From Trichosphaerium sp. ATCC 40318 (taxonomy: Eukaryota > Protista > Tubulinea): DNA of 64,000 nt. The position numbers were made by a program, and so were the translations under genes. How positions within the stretch are numbered: position 1 is the stretch's first letter; the number at the start of each line of letters is the position of its first letter. Below, piece by piece: positions 25,701 to 38,200 of this stretch. Below the pieces are notes generated by a model that was given only the letters and a program-made list of their open reading frames with translations, had not been told where the DNA came from and did no database searches. The stretch lies in NCBI GenBank assembly GCA_038496445.1, contig JALMLS010000015.1, positions 248,001 to 312,000 of the forward strand, read 5' to 3'.

Positions 25701-28253
25701 TGCAGCTCCAGCGGTATGTGTTTATCTTTAATTGTTTCTAACTACTAGTCTACTTTGTCTTAATTTGTTCTTGTAGCCTACTAGTGATGTTGCTTGTCCT
25801 CCCTGCCCATTGGGTCAATACCGTGAGGGTAACAGTGGAAAATGTAAAGCTTGTGAAGGCAGAAACAGCTATCTTGACACTGATACAAACTCGTGTGCAT
25901 CTTCTGGACCTGGTCAATATGTTGAGCATCAAATGCAATGGCTTGTTGGTCATACTCAAGAATTGAACGGTATTAGTACCAACTGCGAGTCAGTAACTGG
26001 AAGATGTCCTGTCGGCCAAGGGTACGAGCATCAGAGGAATACTTATGTACTTGTGATACTAATTGTAATTTCAGGTTCCATCTCTCAACTGATCCAAAGA
26101 ATAATAAGATTTCTGATCGCTTAGAGACAGGTGTCAGCGAAGATGAAGTGTGGATGATAGCTACTATTGAGTTTGCTATTGAGGACAATGGTCCTGTGAA
26201 GGTTTGTCTTTTTGTTTCAACACGCAACTGTGGGAACGAAACCTCCTAACTTTAATGATCTCTAGGGATTCTTTGAATTCAAACACAGTCTAATTCGCTA
26301 CGATACTTCTTCTGCAGCTATATCAAATGATACATCACTTGATGTATTAGTTAATGGCGTAATTCTTACAGACTTTACTTTGGATACATCAGGAATTGAG
26401 GCTACATACGCTATGCCTGTAAGTACTCAATCGCCTAAACAATTTTATGTCTTCAACTTTCTCAACTCTTGCTTGTTTCTTTCTTTACTCACTATTTTTC
26501 CTCTTTTTAGTTGGGTGAGGGTATGTACAATGTATTGTTTATATACCATCAAGATGCTGCTGATAAGAATGTTGGTGTATCTATCAGAGACATTTATGTA
26601 TCTGGCGTTGTTGCTGATGAAGGCAGTGTCGGTGTTGAGGCTTACAGTTGTCCACCTGGATATAAGGTACGCGATTATTATTATTAGCTTTTATTTTACT
26701 AACTACGGTCGCTTAGAATGATGGTACTTCTGAGACTTGTTCATCTTGTCCTGCTGGTACATTCTCTGCTCACTACAAAAACACAGAGTGTTTGAGCTGT
26801 AATGAAGGTTCGTTTTAATCTTTTTGTTTGAAACATGAGTTTTCCTGTTATCTTATATCGAGTTTAGGATCTGCTTCTCTAAGAGATGGAAGTGATGCAT
26901 GTTTAACATGCCCACTTGGTACCAAGAGTAATCCTGTACGGCGCTTTTGTTTAGATGTTATTTTTATATCGGATTTATATTGACTGTTCGTTTTATAGGA
27001 ACACACAGATTGTGCTACCACTTGTTTCTTCCCAAGCTTTGAATCACCTGTATTCAACCTTAACGCTTTATCCGAACAAGTTAGTGACGAAGTCACTATC
27101 CTTAATGATGAGGTAAAACTCTTTTGTGGTTTTAAAGTTTTTCCAAACAATAAATACTCACTTGAAATTCTAGGAAGAACCAATGTTCATCTTCAACTTG
27201 TGCCGTAAAGCAAACCACACCAGGAAGAATGCTACCCATCAAAACGTATACACAGATCTTACTCACTTGACACAGGTGCGTACATAAGTCAGAGGTGGTG
27301 TATCCTTGATGTTAACTGACTTTTTTTGTGAATAGGTTACTGAAGATGGTAACTTAAACAACCTTGGTTCTTACCTCGAGTTCTTTGAAAAGGAAGAAAA
27401 ACAAGATGAATGGGAGCTTCATTATCACTCCGATATTGCTCCAGCGAACTGCGACGGTGGAAGCGCCATTCAGTACGTTCTAGTGAATAGAAAACCCCTA
27501 TAACCGTATTTTTCTTTTACCAACTATTTTTGCTTATACTTGCTATAGAGTCCTCAAGTTTATTTGTGATACTACTGCTAACATTGGTAAACCAATTCAA
27601 GTCGATGGATCTGATCCATGTCACTTAAGATTCGAGGTATGTCTAAGAAACATGGGTTTAAACCAAAAAAATTAATCTATGTTTTCTTCATAGTGGCGTT
27701 CTGAGTTTGTTTGCCGTGCTTGTGGTAAGGCAGATATAAGAACATCGTATGGACAATGTAGTAAGGATGGTGTACAACCTATCGTTACTGTACGCGTACC
27801 AGGCGCAGAGTGTGTATTCGCAAACGCAACGTACGTCAAGCCCAATTTCATAAAAACTTAGATTTCTTATTTTTTTTTAGTGTACCACTTACACGCAAAT
27901 GTCGTGTTTGTGAGAAAGATGACTTCGTAAGAGAGCTTGGTGAATGTCTTGGTGGTATCCAAGATGTTATTTACCGCAAGAACAAGACAAGCACTTGTTA
28001 TGACTTAGGTTACATGCTTGGAGAGACACAAGCTTGCTGTACGCCAAATTTTTTTTTGTTGGTTTCTTATGTTTTGTTTATAGCCGAGGTTGCTGTTAAC
28101 AAAGGTGTCGTCTTTGGCGTACTTATTGGCGGTGGTGCCGTATTGTTGCTTCTTGCTATTGGTTTCACATACTGCTGGCGTAAAAAGCACCAACTTGCAG
28201 TTGATTATGCGTCTCTTAATGAGCAATATGCGGCTGATGACTCTAAGTTGTAA
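19747..28253 (+). CDS. ELAPOR/KIAA1324 (UPF0577)-like Cys-rich type-I membrane receptor with N-terminal folate-receptor-like domain and two MRH-like domains
   Basis: Signal peptide; ELAPOR-like motifs CEACGEGTYSLGGG, GYHKLTWEYSKD, EVLGTGHADDRCTKCPVG, KYWRWLEPVIC, ICDP...CQYQFEWRSVYGCPEC and a second CHLRFEWRSEFVCRAC. TM helix GVVFGVLIGGGAVLLLLAIGF; DYASL tail. Confidence 0.8.
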
Positions 28254-28345
28254 AAAAAAAAAGAAAACAAAGAGAAAATAAAGACTCCACAGATTTTGTC
28301 CACATGGACACTCAAAAGTTGCTTAATAGTGGAGCGTTGAGGACC

Positions 28346-29951
28346 ATGGCGTTAGCTGGAAGTTGCAAAATCACAAAAGAACATAAAAAAGTAAATCAGT
28401 TTATTTTTCACTTAGAACTTAACAATAGGGCCATTCGTTCCAGCCATATATGTTAAAGCATGTAGTTGAGAGGCGTAAACCACTTACAACAATTGTCCCT
28501 ACTCCTGCCACTAGGAAGAAGAAAAAGCAGTTTTTACGGTAATCAACCACTATTAACTTTTTATGACTCTCGTAGGAACGTTAGGGACGTCACAGGCGTT
28601 ATTGATTATTTAACGCTTTTTCATGGCTACAACAAACCATCTGGTAAGCTCTATCGCTAAAATACAGTATAACATGATGTAGGAGATGATAGAAAAGTAG
28701 AAAAAGACGCTTTTAATTTTATTATACACAAAAAGCTTAAAAACATCATCAAACTCTTTTTGGAACTAATTTCGAGCGATGTACTTGGTATTACAGTACT
28801 TTCTAAGCCTATGTATCTTAACATGCCTTAGACACTGTCATTCAAACAATAATACACCTCAATGACTATAACCATATGGTACAATTTACAGGAACACGAA
28901 GAACAAATAAATGGGACTTGAACAAGTAAGTACTTACACCGAAAACTCGTTGAGTTTTTGTCATTCTATTTACAGCACTTTTTTAGGTTGCTTTTTATCT
29001 GTGTTTCCAAAAAAGGATTCACTCCATCATCTTCATTACTAAAGCATTTTTGTTATTCTTGTACCTCTCCTAAAGTTCTCACGTACATATTTTGTAGATG
29101 TGTTGTTTTTTCAAGTCTCTTACAGTTTGTGATTTAGAGCTGTTTTAGAAGCATCTGGTGACGGCATTTGTAAGAAATTTTCAGGAAACAGTAATATATT
29201 ACACGTATTATTAAGTACCTCCTCCAACCGCATTTTAAGTGTAAATATATTGAGGATATTGAAAGAAAGAGGTGTTGATTTCTATGCAAGAAATATTAAA
29301 GGCAAGAATTTTCTTACTTTTTTCTTAACGACTTACTTTTTCCAAAGGCCAAATGCCCTTATTTTGCTTGCTTCAAAGTAAAATTAAAAGGGCAAGACGT
29401 GATCTTAAAGCATTGACTACAGTTGAACCTAACATACTTACTAATTCTGTCCTTGACGATGGTATGACCTTTCCTGAGATTCTATTGAAGCAGATAAAAG
29501 AATTTCATACACCAAAAAAGGAACCCCTGTGGACGTCTAAAAGGCTTCAAATACGTCCAGTGTGGTTTTATATTCATTTGTTCCAGTATATTGTTTCTAT
29601 AAAGAAGTATCAACCAACACAGTACGCCACACAATGAAGGTTTATGGACAGAATTGTGTTTTAACAAGTTGCATACTCACGGTTTAATACTAACTCAATT
29701 GCTCTTTAGACAAGACGTACAATTACTCTTTAAAGTGGGTGTACATAATCTGCACAGTGTTGAAATCATCGATTTTGTTTATCGAGAGTGCAAAGAAGCA
29801 CTAACTGCCAATTTTATTCGTTCAGTAATTAAGAAAGGCGTATTGTATGAACTTAAATAACTCAGTTGTCATGGTACTTGTGCCTAAGTATTTGGTTTTA
29901 GGTTGAATTGGTACCACAGATGGTACATGACAATTTTTTCAAGGTATTTTA
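28346..29951 (+). CDS. Ankyrin-repeat-like protein
   Basis: GNSNILHVLLS...VNILRILKERGVDFYARNIKGQMPLFCLL across a GC-AG intron. Both ends are approximate. Confidence 0.55.
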
Positions 29952-30274
29952 ATCATATTCGTTTTCCTGATGCTTCGCTGGCGTCCAAGATGAAAACGTA
30001 AGAAATGTGTTCGCATTGATTGTAGTAGTCTGCTGACTTTTGTCGTTCAGGGATTATGCCATAGCTGTATTTGTTTTACAAAGGACACCTTTTGCGCTTA
30101 TTGAAAGCAATGGGAGTGAACACATAAAAACCACTACCAACCTTCGTCAAGGTATTTTTCCTGTTTTTTTCTCGATGAAGCTTTTCTCAGTTTATTCTGA
30201 TTGATCTTTTGATTGTAGGACTCTATGTTTCAGGTGTTAAAAAGCCAACACAGAAACTAATACTAAACGGTTCT

Positions 30275-31809
30275 ATGGCCATTCAAGATCTTCCTACAGT
30301 AGTTTGGGAAGTTATCTCAAATAACCTAAGTATGATTGATCTTGCTCGAGTTTCACTAGTTTCCAAGCAACTACAACACATTGCTTTGGGTACGTACTAA
30401 CACAATGAATCAACTTGTTATATAATGCTTGGGAACATATGTACTATGATTAGTACTTTTTGTCAAACCCATTAACATAGACACAAACAACTTATCTCAA
30501 TATGTTCTACTGTTATTTTCTTTTGAGCTAAATTGAAATTCATAGATGATTATCTTTGGAAGCAAATGATGAAAAAGAATTATGGAACTACGAATATCAC
30601 TTATAGAAGTTTCTTCAAGGAGTGTTCTAATCACGACGTGCGGTATTTAAACATGTCTAAAGGGGAATGCAAAAAGCAATTTACAATCTATGATATTGAG
30701 CCATGGGCATACGAGGCTCTTGGTGGCTTTGTAGCTATTAATGATAAGAACTTAACGAAAAAAGAACGCAATATTATTATTGACATTCAAAACTGTTCAT
30801 GTACGTAGTAGAGCATTTGGTTGTCTTTCGATACTTTTTTTGAGCAAAGCAATTTGTCAATCCATTAGCTATTCTTTGCTTACTTGAAATTGGTAGATGC
30901 TGTAGCCAAGAATCATATACCTTCTACGGAATATTCAAAGCTTAGATTATGTAAGCGAGGAACATCTATACTTGCATTTGATTGTGCTGGACCTCAATGT
31001 GTTTGGATTGATCCTAAAACAGGCAAAAAATTGTCAACATCTACCTTCAATGCAGAGCCTTTGTCACCCCTTGTAACTGCACTTAACAACACAATACTAA
31101 TGGCATCATGTACGTTAGTTTTATGAGAATATCAAAACACGTGACCATTCTTTGTTTCATTTCTATGAATAATTCTACTTATTTAGTAAACATGAGATCT
31201 TTCAACATATACGATATTGAACTAGAGAGGTTGATTGGCACTCTACACACAGGTGAATACTTTCAATATGGTAGTGTTCCAAAATTAAGTGATAATTATA
31301 TCTATTACAATGTACGTTATTTGCTGTTTGTTTTGAAGATCATCAACATGAGAAACTAAGGTTTCAGTTGAAGCGTTTTCTTTTTCTTTCTGAGTTTTTG
31401 GTAGGGGTATAATAAGCTTCTTTTCGCTGATAAGCGTGAATGGAAGTGGAACACGTGTATTACTACTACAAGCCGTCCATATTTTCACGTATTTGATGAA
31501 GATAAGATTATATTACATACACAGCGTGGTCTGTCGTTGTATGATCCCAGAAAGAATTCAGAGCCTGTCAAAACAGTCTCATCGCCACTTTCTAGCGGGT
31601 TTAACTTTTCTGATACAGAGTTGTCGTTACAAGATGGAGATCTATATGGAGGAAACTGGCAAATCTGGGATTATCGTAAATTAGAACTAAGGGCTGTTAG
31701 CACTAATGTGTATTCACGCAAATCTTTTTATCATAGTGGTTTTTTTTTTGATTCTGCAAAGCGCAATATTATTGTGAAAGATTACAACAGCTGCTATAAT
31801 GTTGTGTAA
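30275..31809 (+). CDS. F-box protein with beta-propeller (WD40-like) region
   Basis: MAIQDLPTVVWEVISNNLSMIDLARVSLVSKQLQHIALDDYLWK; downstream FNIYDI, LYDPRK and WQIWDYRK strands. Confidence 0.75.
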
Positions 31810-32214
31810 GCATGAAATAAACTCTTGTTGAAGTGAAGGCTTGTGTTCTGTGTAGCGAAAGTTAGTTTTAGATGGTTTGTGAGCTCTGGTAACCCCACCA
31901 GAGTATGCTTACTGATTCATGACCTTTAGTTCAATATTTTCTCTGTGCGTAACATGAGGCATGTACGTTCGCTATAGAACAAAAAACCTGTTATAACAAA
32001 GCGGATCTTAAGAAACAATCATAGTTGGATTGTGGTAAAAGAATAAAAATGTGATACTGGCAATTTATCTCAAAAAAAAGTACTTATAAAACAATATAGA
32101 ATACGCACTAAAATTTAATTCAACTGGAAACAACACCAATAAAGGAATGAGTATTTATTAACAGAAAATACGTGACTCCTCGCAAGTGATTGTCTTACTA
32201 TTTTTGAAAGCAGT

Positions 32215-35200
32215 TTAATTGATGACAACACGATTGCTTACGTTTTTAGGCTAAGAGGCACATATTAATTTCTCTACGAGTAATATTTCAATAAGCATGT
32301 ACCTTTTTCATTATTATATCCTTGTAGGTTACTATTGGTATGATAGATTGAACATCTAATCCTTGAATTGGTTGGCGGTACATACTAATTTCAATATGGA
32401 TATCATTTGAGTTAAGATCACTACTCCATGCTTCACTACTACTTTGTACAGCGTTTATAATAGTCGTAGCATTAGTTTGAGGGTCCGTTATATCTGTATA
32501 AGGAAGAACAACATGCTAAATAAATCACGTGAGTCATGTAAACTTAGAAGAAAAGTTTGATTTAAAGTACCTTTGCTAGTGGAATCCACACTGTGTTTGG
32601 TGTTTGTTCAAAGCTCAATGTGCTTGATGGTTCACCGTATAAAGTCATACCAAACAGCATTGATGATGAGCTTTCAACAGTTTTACCAGCATCCGATCCC
32701 AGAGCCTTAAGAAGAGCTGCCATGTACGTAATGAACGATGAGCCTAAAACTATTAAGATTTTATGGGATGTTGCCTTTCTGTACCATCAGGAGCTAGATA
32801 CCCAACATCAATAGGGGATTCATTATTTATGACTGGTCTCTCTGCCTTAGAGAAGTATGAAGGATCACCAAAAGTCATGAAATCCTACGTGTGATAACAC
32901 AATTAACGAAACCCAATTTGTTGTATGCGAAGCGTACAGGGTTTGGAGTTACACCATCCATTAAAAAGTCTTTGTTCCTTTGTATGACTACAATAGGGTA
33001 CATCGATTGGTAGCTTAGAATGTCCAATACTAATGGTACAGGTTAGCAAGTAGAAAAGGAAGAAAGGTGTAAAAAATGAAAGGAGATTACCGTTAAACAC
33101 CATCTGTCTTGGTTCTGAGGAAGACATGACTGAAGTATACTTTGCGCTTGCACCAACTGATATTGTAGGGAAGTTATCATGAGGTGCATTAGCGCCATTA
33201 ACAACCATGTTTGGCCAAACAAAAGGCATTGGTGTTTGAGGTAAAGATTCAATTGTTAGTATCATAGAGCCATCTCCTTTCTGTGTTGAATCTACTCCAT
33301 ACGTAGTAGAGAATGTAAAGTCGCCTCCAAGACTATAAATAAAAATTAACAAACGAGACAAATAGAAGAGGTGGTGGCAAAGAGTTTTTATAGTTAAGTC
33401 TATATAAACTTAACGAAGTTCGCACCTTTGTTTTAACGTCGTGTCAGCGCCCACATGTGCACTTATTAGTGATGTTAGTTGGTCAATGCTTTTGGCCATA
33501 AGCGCAAACGTTGCCATTGTGGTGTTATCAAAATTACCTAATGTGAACAGTCAATAAAACTACAAACTTGACTTTTTGTCTTTGTCAGTACCAAGAGCAA
33601 GGTTTGATAGCACTGGATTGAATGATGCTTTTGCGTTAATTGCATAAGTGTTCAAAGCAGCTACAAGTGGGTTTTGTGTAGGTGGTTCAGCAGGAATGGC
33701 AATAGAAGCGTTTCCAAGAGCGTTAATGTTAAGATGTGTGACAATTGTGTCTTGAAGGGCGTGTGTTGCAATTGGCTTCGTGTTCAGGTTATAAGCGTAC
33801 TTTCTTCCCTCTGCAATGGTTTGAGGGTTTGAAGGTTGTGTACTTGAATGTGCTAGGTATGGTATATGGCTTGGAACAGATCGGGACATGACAGGTGAAG
33901 ACAAAGAGCCTAAGTTGATGTTGTATTGTTTCGATGTTCCAGAAGTAACCAATTTCAAACGGAGTTGCCACGCAGGTACATCAGTGACTATGTCTTTAGC
34001 AGAGAAAGAAATATATTCAGGTACGAAAATAAAGCTTCCAGAGAAGGTGCGCTAATAGGTAAAGTCAGTAAAGAACAAAAATAAATAAAGTGCTATTCTC
34101 TCTGAAAAAAAAAGTGTTCATGGTGTTTCGTCTTTAAAATCCAATATTCTATTGTACCATTGCGTTTGGATTTAGTGATAAAACAAAGCTCATTATTTTA
34201 GGTGTCATATTGAGCCCAGAAGGATCTAATGAAACTTGGGTTTGCTCTACAAAGTTGCCTTTCAAAGAAGTTAAAATAAAAAAGAGAAAGAAATTAACTG
34301 ACCAATTGTATCATTCTGTGGGAAGTATGCATAGATTGATCCTGATAAAGCTGGTGTATCATAAAATCCAATACTGAAGTATTGATAATTAATATTGAAA
34401 GGCATCTACACAACTTGTTAGTGAAATCACACGATTCAACGAAAAGAAAACGGAAGAAATCCAAGAGTTTTTTCTTTGTGTACCAAAACAGCAATATTCG
34501 TATAATGCCCGATGCCAATTGTTCCCTCCTCAAGTTCTCGTTTCAAAATTTCTTGTCGAGCATGTGTAACACAGTTTTGAGCAGTTGGAGCTATCACAAA
34601 TGAGCAAAACATAACAAGAAAAAAACAATCAAGATGGCTCTAAACGTACTCCATGCTGGATTCGTGTAGGTTCCTGACTGCGATAGCCATGTTGTACGTC
34701 CAGCAACATTATTGGCGATAGTTGTCAAGTTTTGCATGACTTGATAGTAAGTGCTAGTGAACGATGCACCAAGAGATTGGATACCCATTGCTGCAATCTT
34801 TGGATTTTGTAGCAGACCAAATGAATGTGGCAATTCTGTGGCTAAAACGTTACCGTCTCTTTCAATGAAAGATCCCTTAAGTACGTTAATGTCTTTGTTA
34901 TATTTGTGTAGGTTCGTACTGGGTGGTCTGGAGATGGAATCTTGGATAGTGTTTTGACTAAAGGTGGTACTGAGAATGTAAGAGGTTGATACGTTGACAT
35001 TGGAAGACGTTGAATCATATCTGCGTTGCTTGGTGTCTTAGTCAACATCAAGTAGATATTTGGATTCGGCGCGAGTTGCCCTGTGTTGGTGAGAACTCTG
35101 ACATCGTATGCGGACTCAACAGCAGTAGCAAATTTAACCAAATCATCAGCTAGGTGCAAAGCATTAGCGTCAAGGAGGAAAACTAGCTTCAAAAAGTATT

Positions 35201-38200
35201 TTGGTTTGTTCACTGAAAAAAACAAAGGCGTACATGTTTTGACTAGCGGGTAAACTTCGTTTACTATGCTCTTTGCCTTATCGCTTGTATTTGGCGTATA
35301 GAAAGAAGAATCCTTACCACGTGACATGGTGAGTGTTACAATAAGTTTTAAGAAGCCAGCTTGAAGGTTATTGATATTTTGTTGCTTGAGTCCGAGCGGG
35401 AATGTTACTGGTGTTGTGCTTGGTAGATCACCTGGTTCGCCTAACCATTCTAGTACTTGAAGCTTCACTGGCAGCTGAGAAGAAACTTCAGTTATCACAT
35501 CAGCTTCGAAGGTTTGCAAAGAAGAGAGTAAGTTAAGTTCAACTTGGTGCGTATCCATTAATTGAGCTCTCAGCTTCTCAACAGATTCAGTCAGAAGTGA
35601 CTTATCAGTAACATCTGAACTATCAAAGGATAATGTAACCAATAATTGGGAGCCAGGAGAGGATGGATTAACACCATAAGTAAGAGAAACCTTCAATAGG
35701 AGTCAGAAAAAGTTAGATCAATACAATGAATAATCGTACACCAGGAATTGAAGGTAAATGAACAAGTTCGTCCAGGTATGTACACTTTGCTGATACTAAG
35801 TTATGATATTGTCTCACTGGAGGCATTGTAGTGACAAGGGCATCAGATGGGAGTTCATTACCAAAACCATCTCTGAAACTTACACTAAAGTACACTGTAT
35901 TTCCAACAACTGGATTATCGTTAGTTCTCTATTTTGGTAATCGTTCACGTACTGTCGTATGGTGAAGGAAGCGATGAGTCAAATTTGTCAGTGAGGTTAA
36001 AAGCGTGACTGTATGTCAAGGCTCCAGTAGTTGGATTGCTTTTAGGGAGAATAGGAAGCCAACCATCATAACCAATAAAGTCTAAAAGAAAAACTTAGAC
36101 ACCAACAAACGCGAAACAGAAGTATTACATTGATTTGCAGGTCCAGGAGTTGTCAATACCATATGATAGAATTGTTCCCATACTGATGTTTCTAAACGAT
36201 TTGGTTAGCATGAAGTAAAATACGAGGTAGGCACATACCAGTTGGACTAACAGGATATTTTGGTTCAGGTAATGATACCTCAACAAATCCAGGATTGAGG
36301 TAACTTTTAGCTGTATTGATGCCTTGTACTGTTGCTACCAACGGACCAGGCGCTGATGTAGCGACACTGTTCCATAGGCCAACTTAATAATGGATTAGCA
36401 AACATCTAGTGTAGACTCAATATACCTGGAGATCCCGTTGTTGGTGTAATTGACAACAACACAAAGGAGATTGTGCTATTAATTGGTCCAATATTCGATT
36501 TCAAAAGCATAAAATGATCTGTTTGCCCAATAGAGCTTTGCCATATATTATGTAGTACGTATTTGGCATCAGTGCCAACCTTATAACCAATAACATTCAG
36601 GTTATTATCAAAAGCAATGGCGTTAGCCTACAATAGATGTTATCGTAAAAATCGATAGTAAAAAAACCCACGTGATAATCACGTGAAATTGTAAAATAAA
36701 TTATGTGGCGTACAAGGTCAAGTTGGTTTGTCACAGGATTGACTATCGCTAGTTCATACTTTGATGGAAAATTCTCAAGTACAGTTTGCAATGAACTGAG
36801 TAATGTTGGATCAGCGCCATGTATCTTTAGAAGAACACCAGAAGTAAGTGATGGCATTGGAACAACCTCTACTCTGACTTGTATTGTGAATGCATATTTA
36901 GCAAGCAGAGGAACCATTGATGAGTTCGATACAGATATTTTAGATGTTGGCGTTGCAATGTCTTGTAGCTGTTTTGGGAATTGCCATAGACCTCCAGGTA
37001 TAATAGGTTTCATGGAAAATAATCTAGGCTTAACAATCCAACTATCCACACCAACATCACTTGTATAGTTTCCTATTTGTTTCGCTGTTGCAATTTTATC
37101 TGTTACGTTAGATGCAAGGATTGTAAAGTTGCCAATGTTTGATTGCCCTTTTGTTTCTTTGATGAATACGAGGCACGAACTATTGAAAGGCTTGAGGTCG
37201 AACTGTAGTCCCATTAAATCGTAGATAGGAACGTCATAGTCCTAGATAAGGAAATAAGAAATAAATGAGAAAAATACTTGTACACAGTTTCGTTTTTACA
37301 ATAGCGTACAGGATTGACTGGTGAAGGATATTGAAGACCTCCGTGAAGGAGAGACGCCATCTTACCAACGACATTTTCTAGTATTGAAGGATCTGCATAG
37401 ACAAAGAACTTTCGAACCCAATCGGTTATTGTCACTTAATAAAGAAGTTACTAATGTTTTGAACGTTGTAATCAATGTACTTGATGTTCCTGGTTCTGAT
37501 TGTGATACTATTGAGTTCAATCCGTCTCCAATCAATAGTTTAAAAGTTCCCAGAGCTACTGCTTGACGCATGGTATAGTTACTAGTCACATACCACTCTG
37601 GTACCAAAAACCATTCCGCAAGATCTCCAGCTTCTTGGAAGCTTGCTTCTGATGCAATGTACTTGTTCAGAATTTGTCTGTACTCTTCAGTTATAACTAC
37701 ATCGGTTGCAGGAGACTCAGTTCCAGTTCCTAAAACGATAAGAATAAGATCTAAAAAGATAAAAAACCAAAAACTTACCGTAATCTATTAAGAGTTCGAA
37801 ATCAGAAAAGATTGGGAAGATATCAGCATCTAGAGCGCTCTCTACTGACTGTGGCAACTGCTCTTGAACATTAAAAGAGAAGAGAGCTGTGCCAAGAAGG
37901 TCAAAAATACATTCATAAGTCAAGTCTGGAGCTTGTTTATCGAAAGGAGGTTGAAACATCTGACGAATCTGATCAATATCGTTCCAAGAAAGAACAGTCG
38001 ATTCTGTTCCGTTTGATTGGTGCAACAATATCCATGCAACAAGCGCTTGTGCTACATCTGTTGCAGAGGCAGGGTTATACTGTTTATAAAAAGACGTTGT
38101 ATTCCTTAACAGAACCCAAGAAGAACCAATACGTGGTTGTATATCTCCTGTTGTGAAGTTCGATGATTTGATAGAAAGTTGTGGAACGAATAGAAGTACA

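Noticed and set aside
27300-27335. U12-type intron donor GTATCCTT
   Set aside because: It lies inside a normal intron whose GTGCGT donor at ~27276 already preserves the frame.
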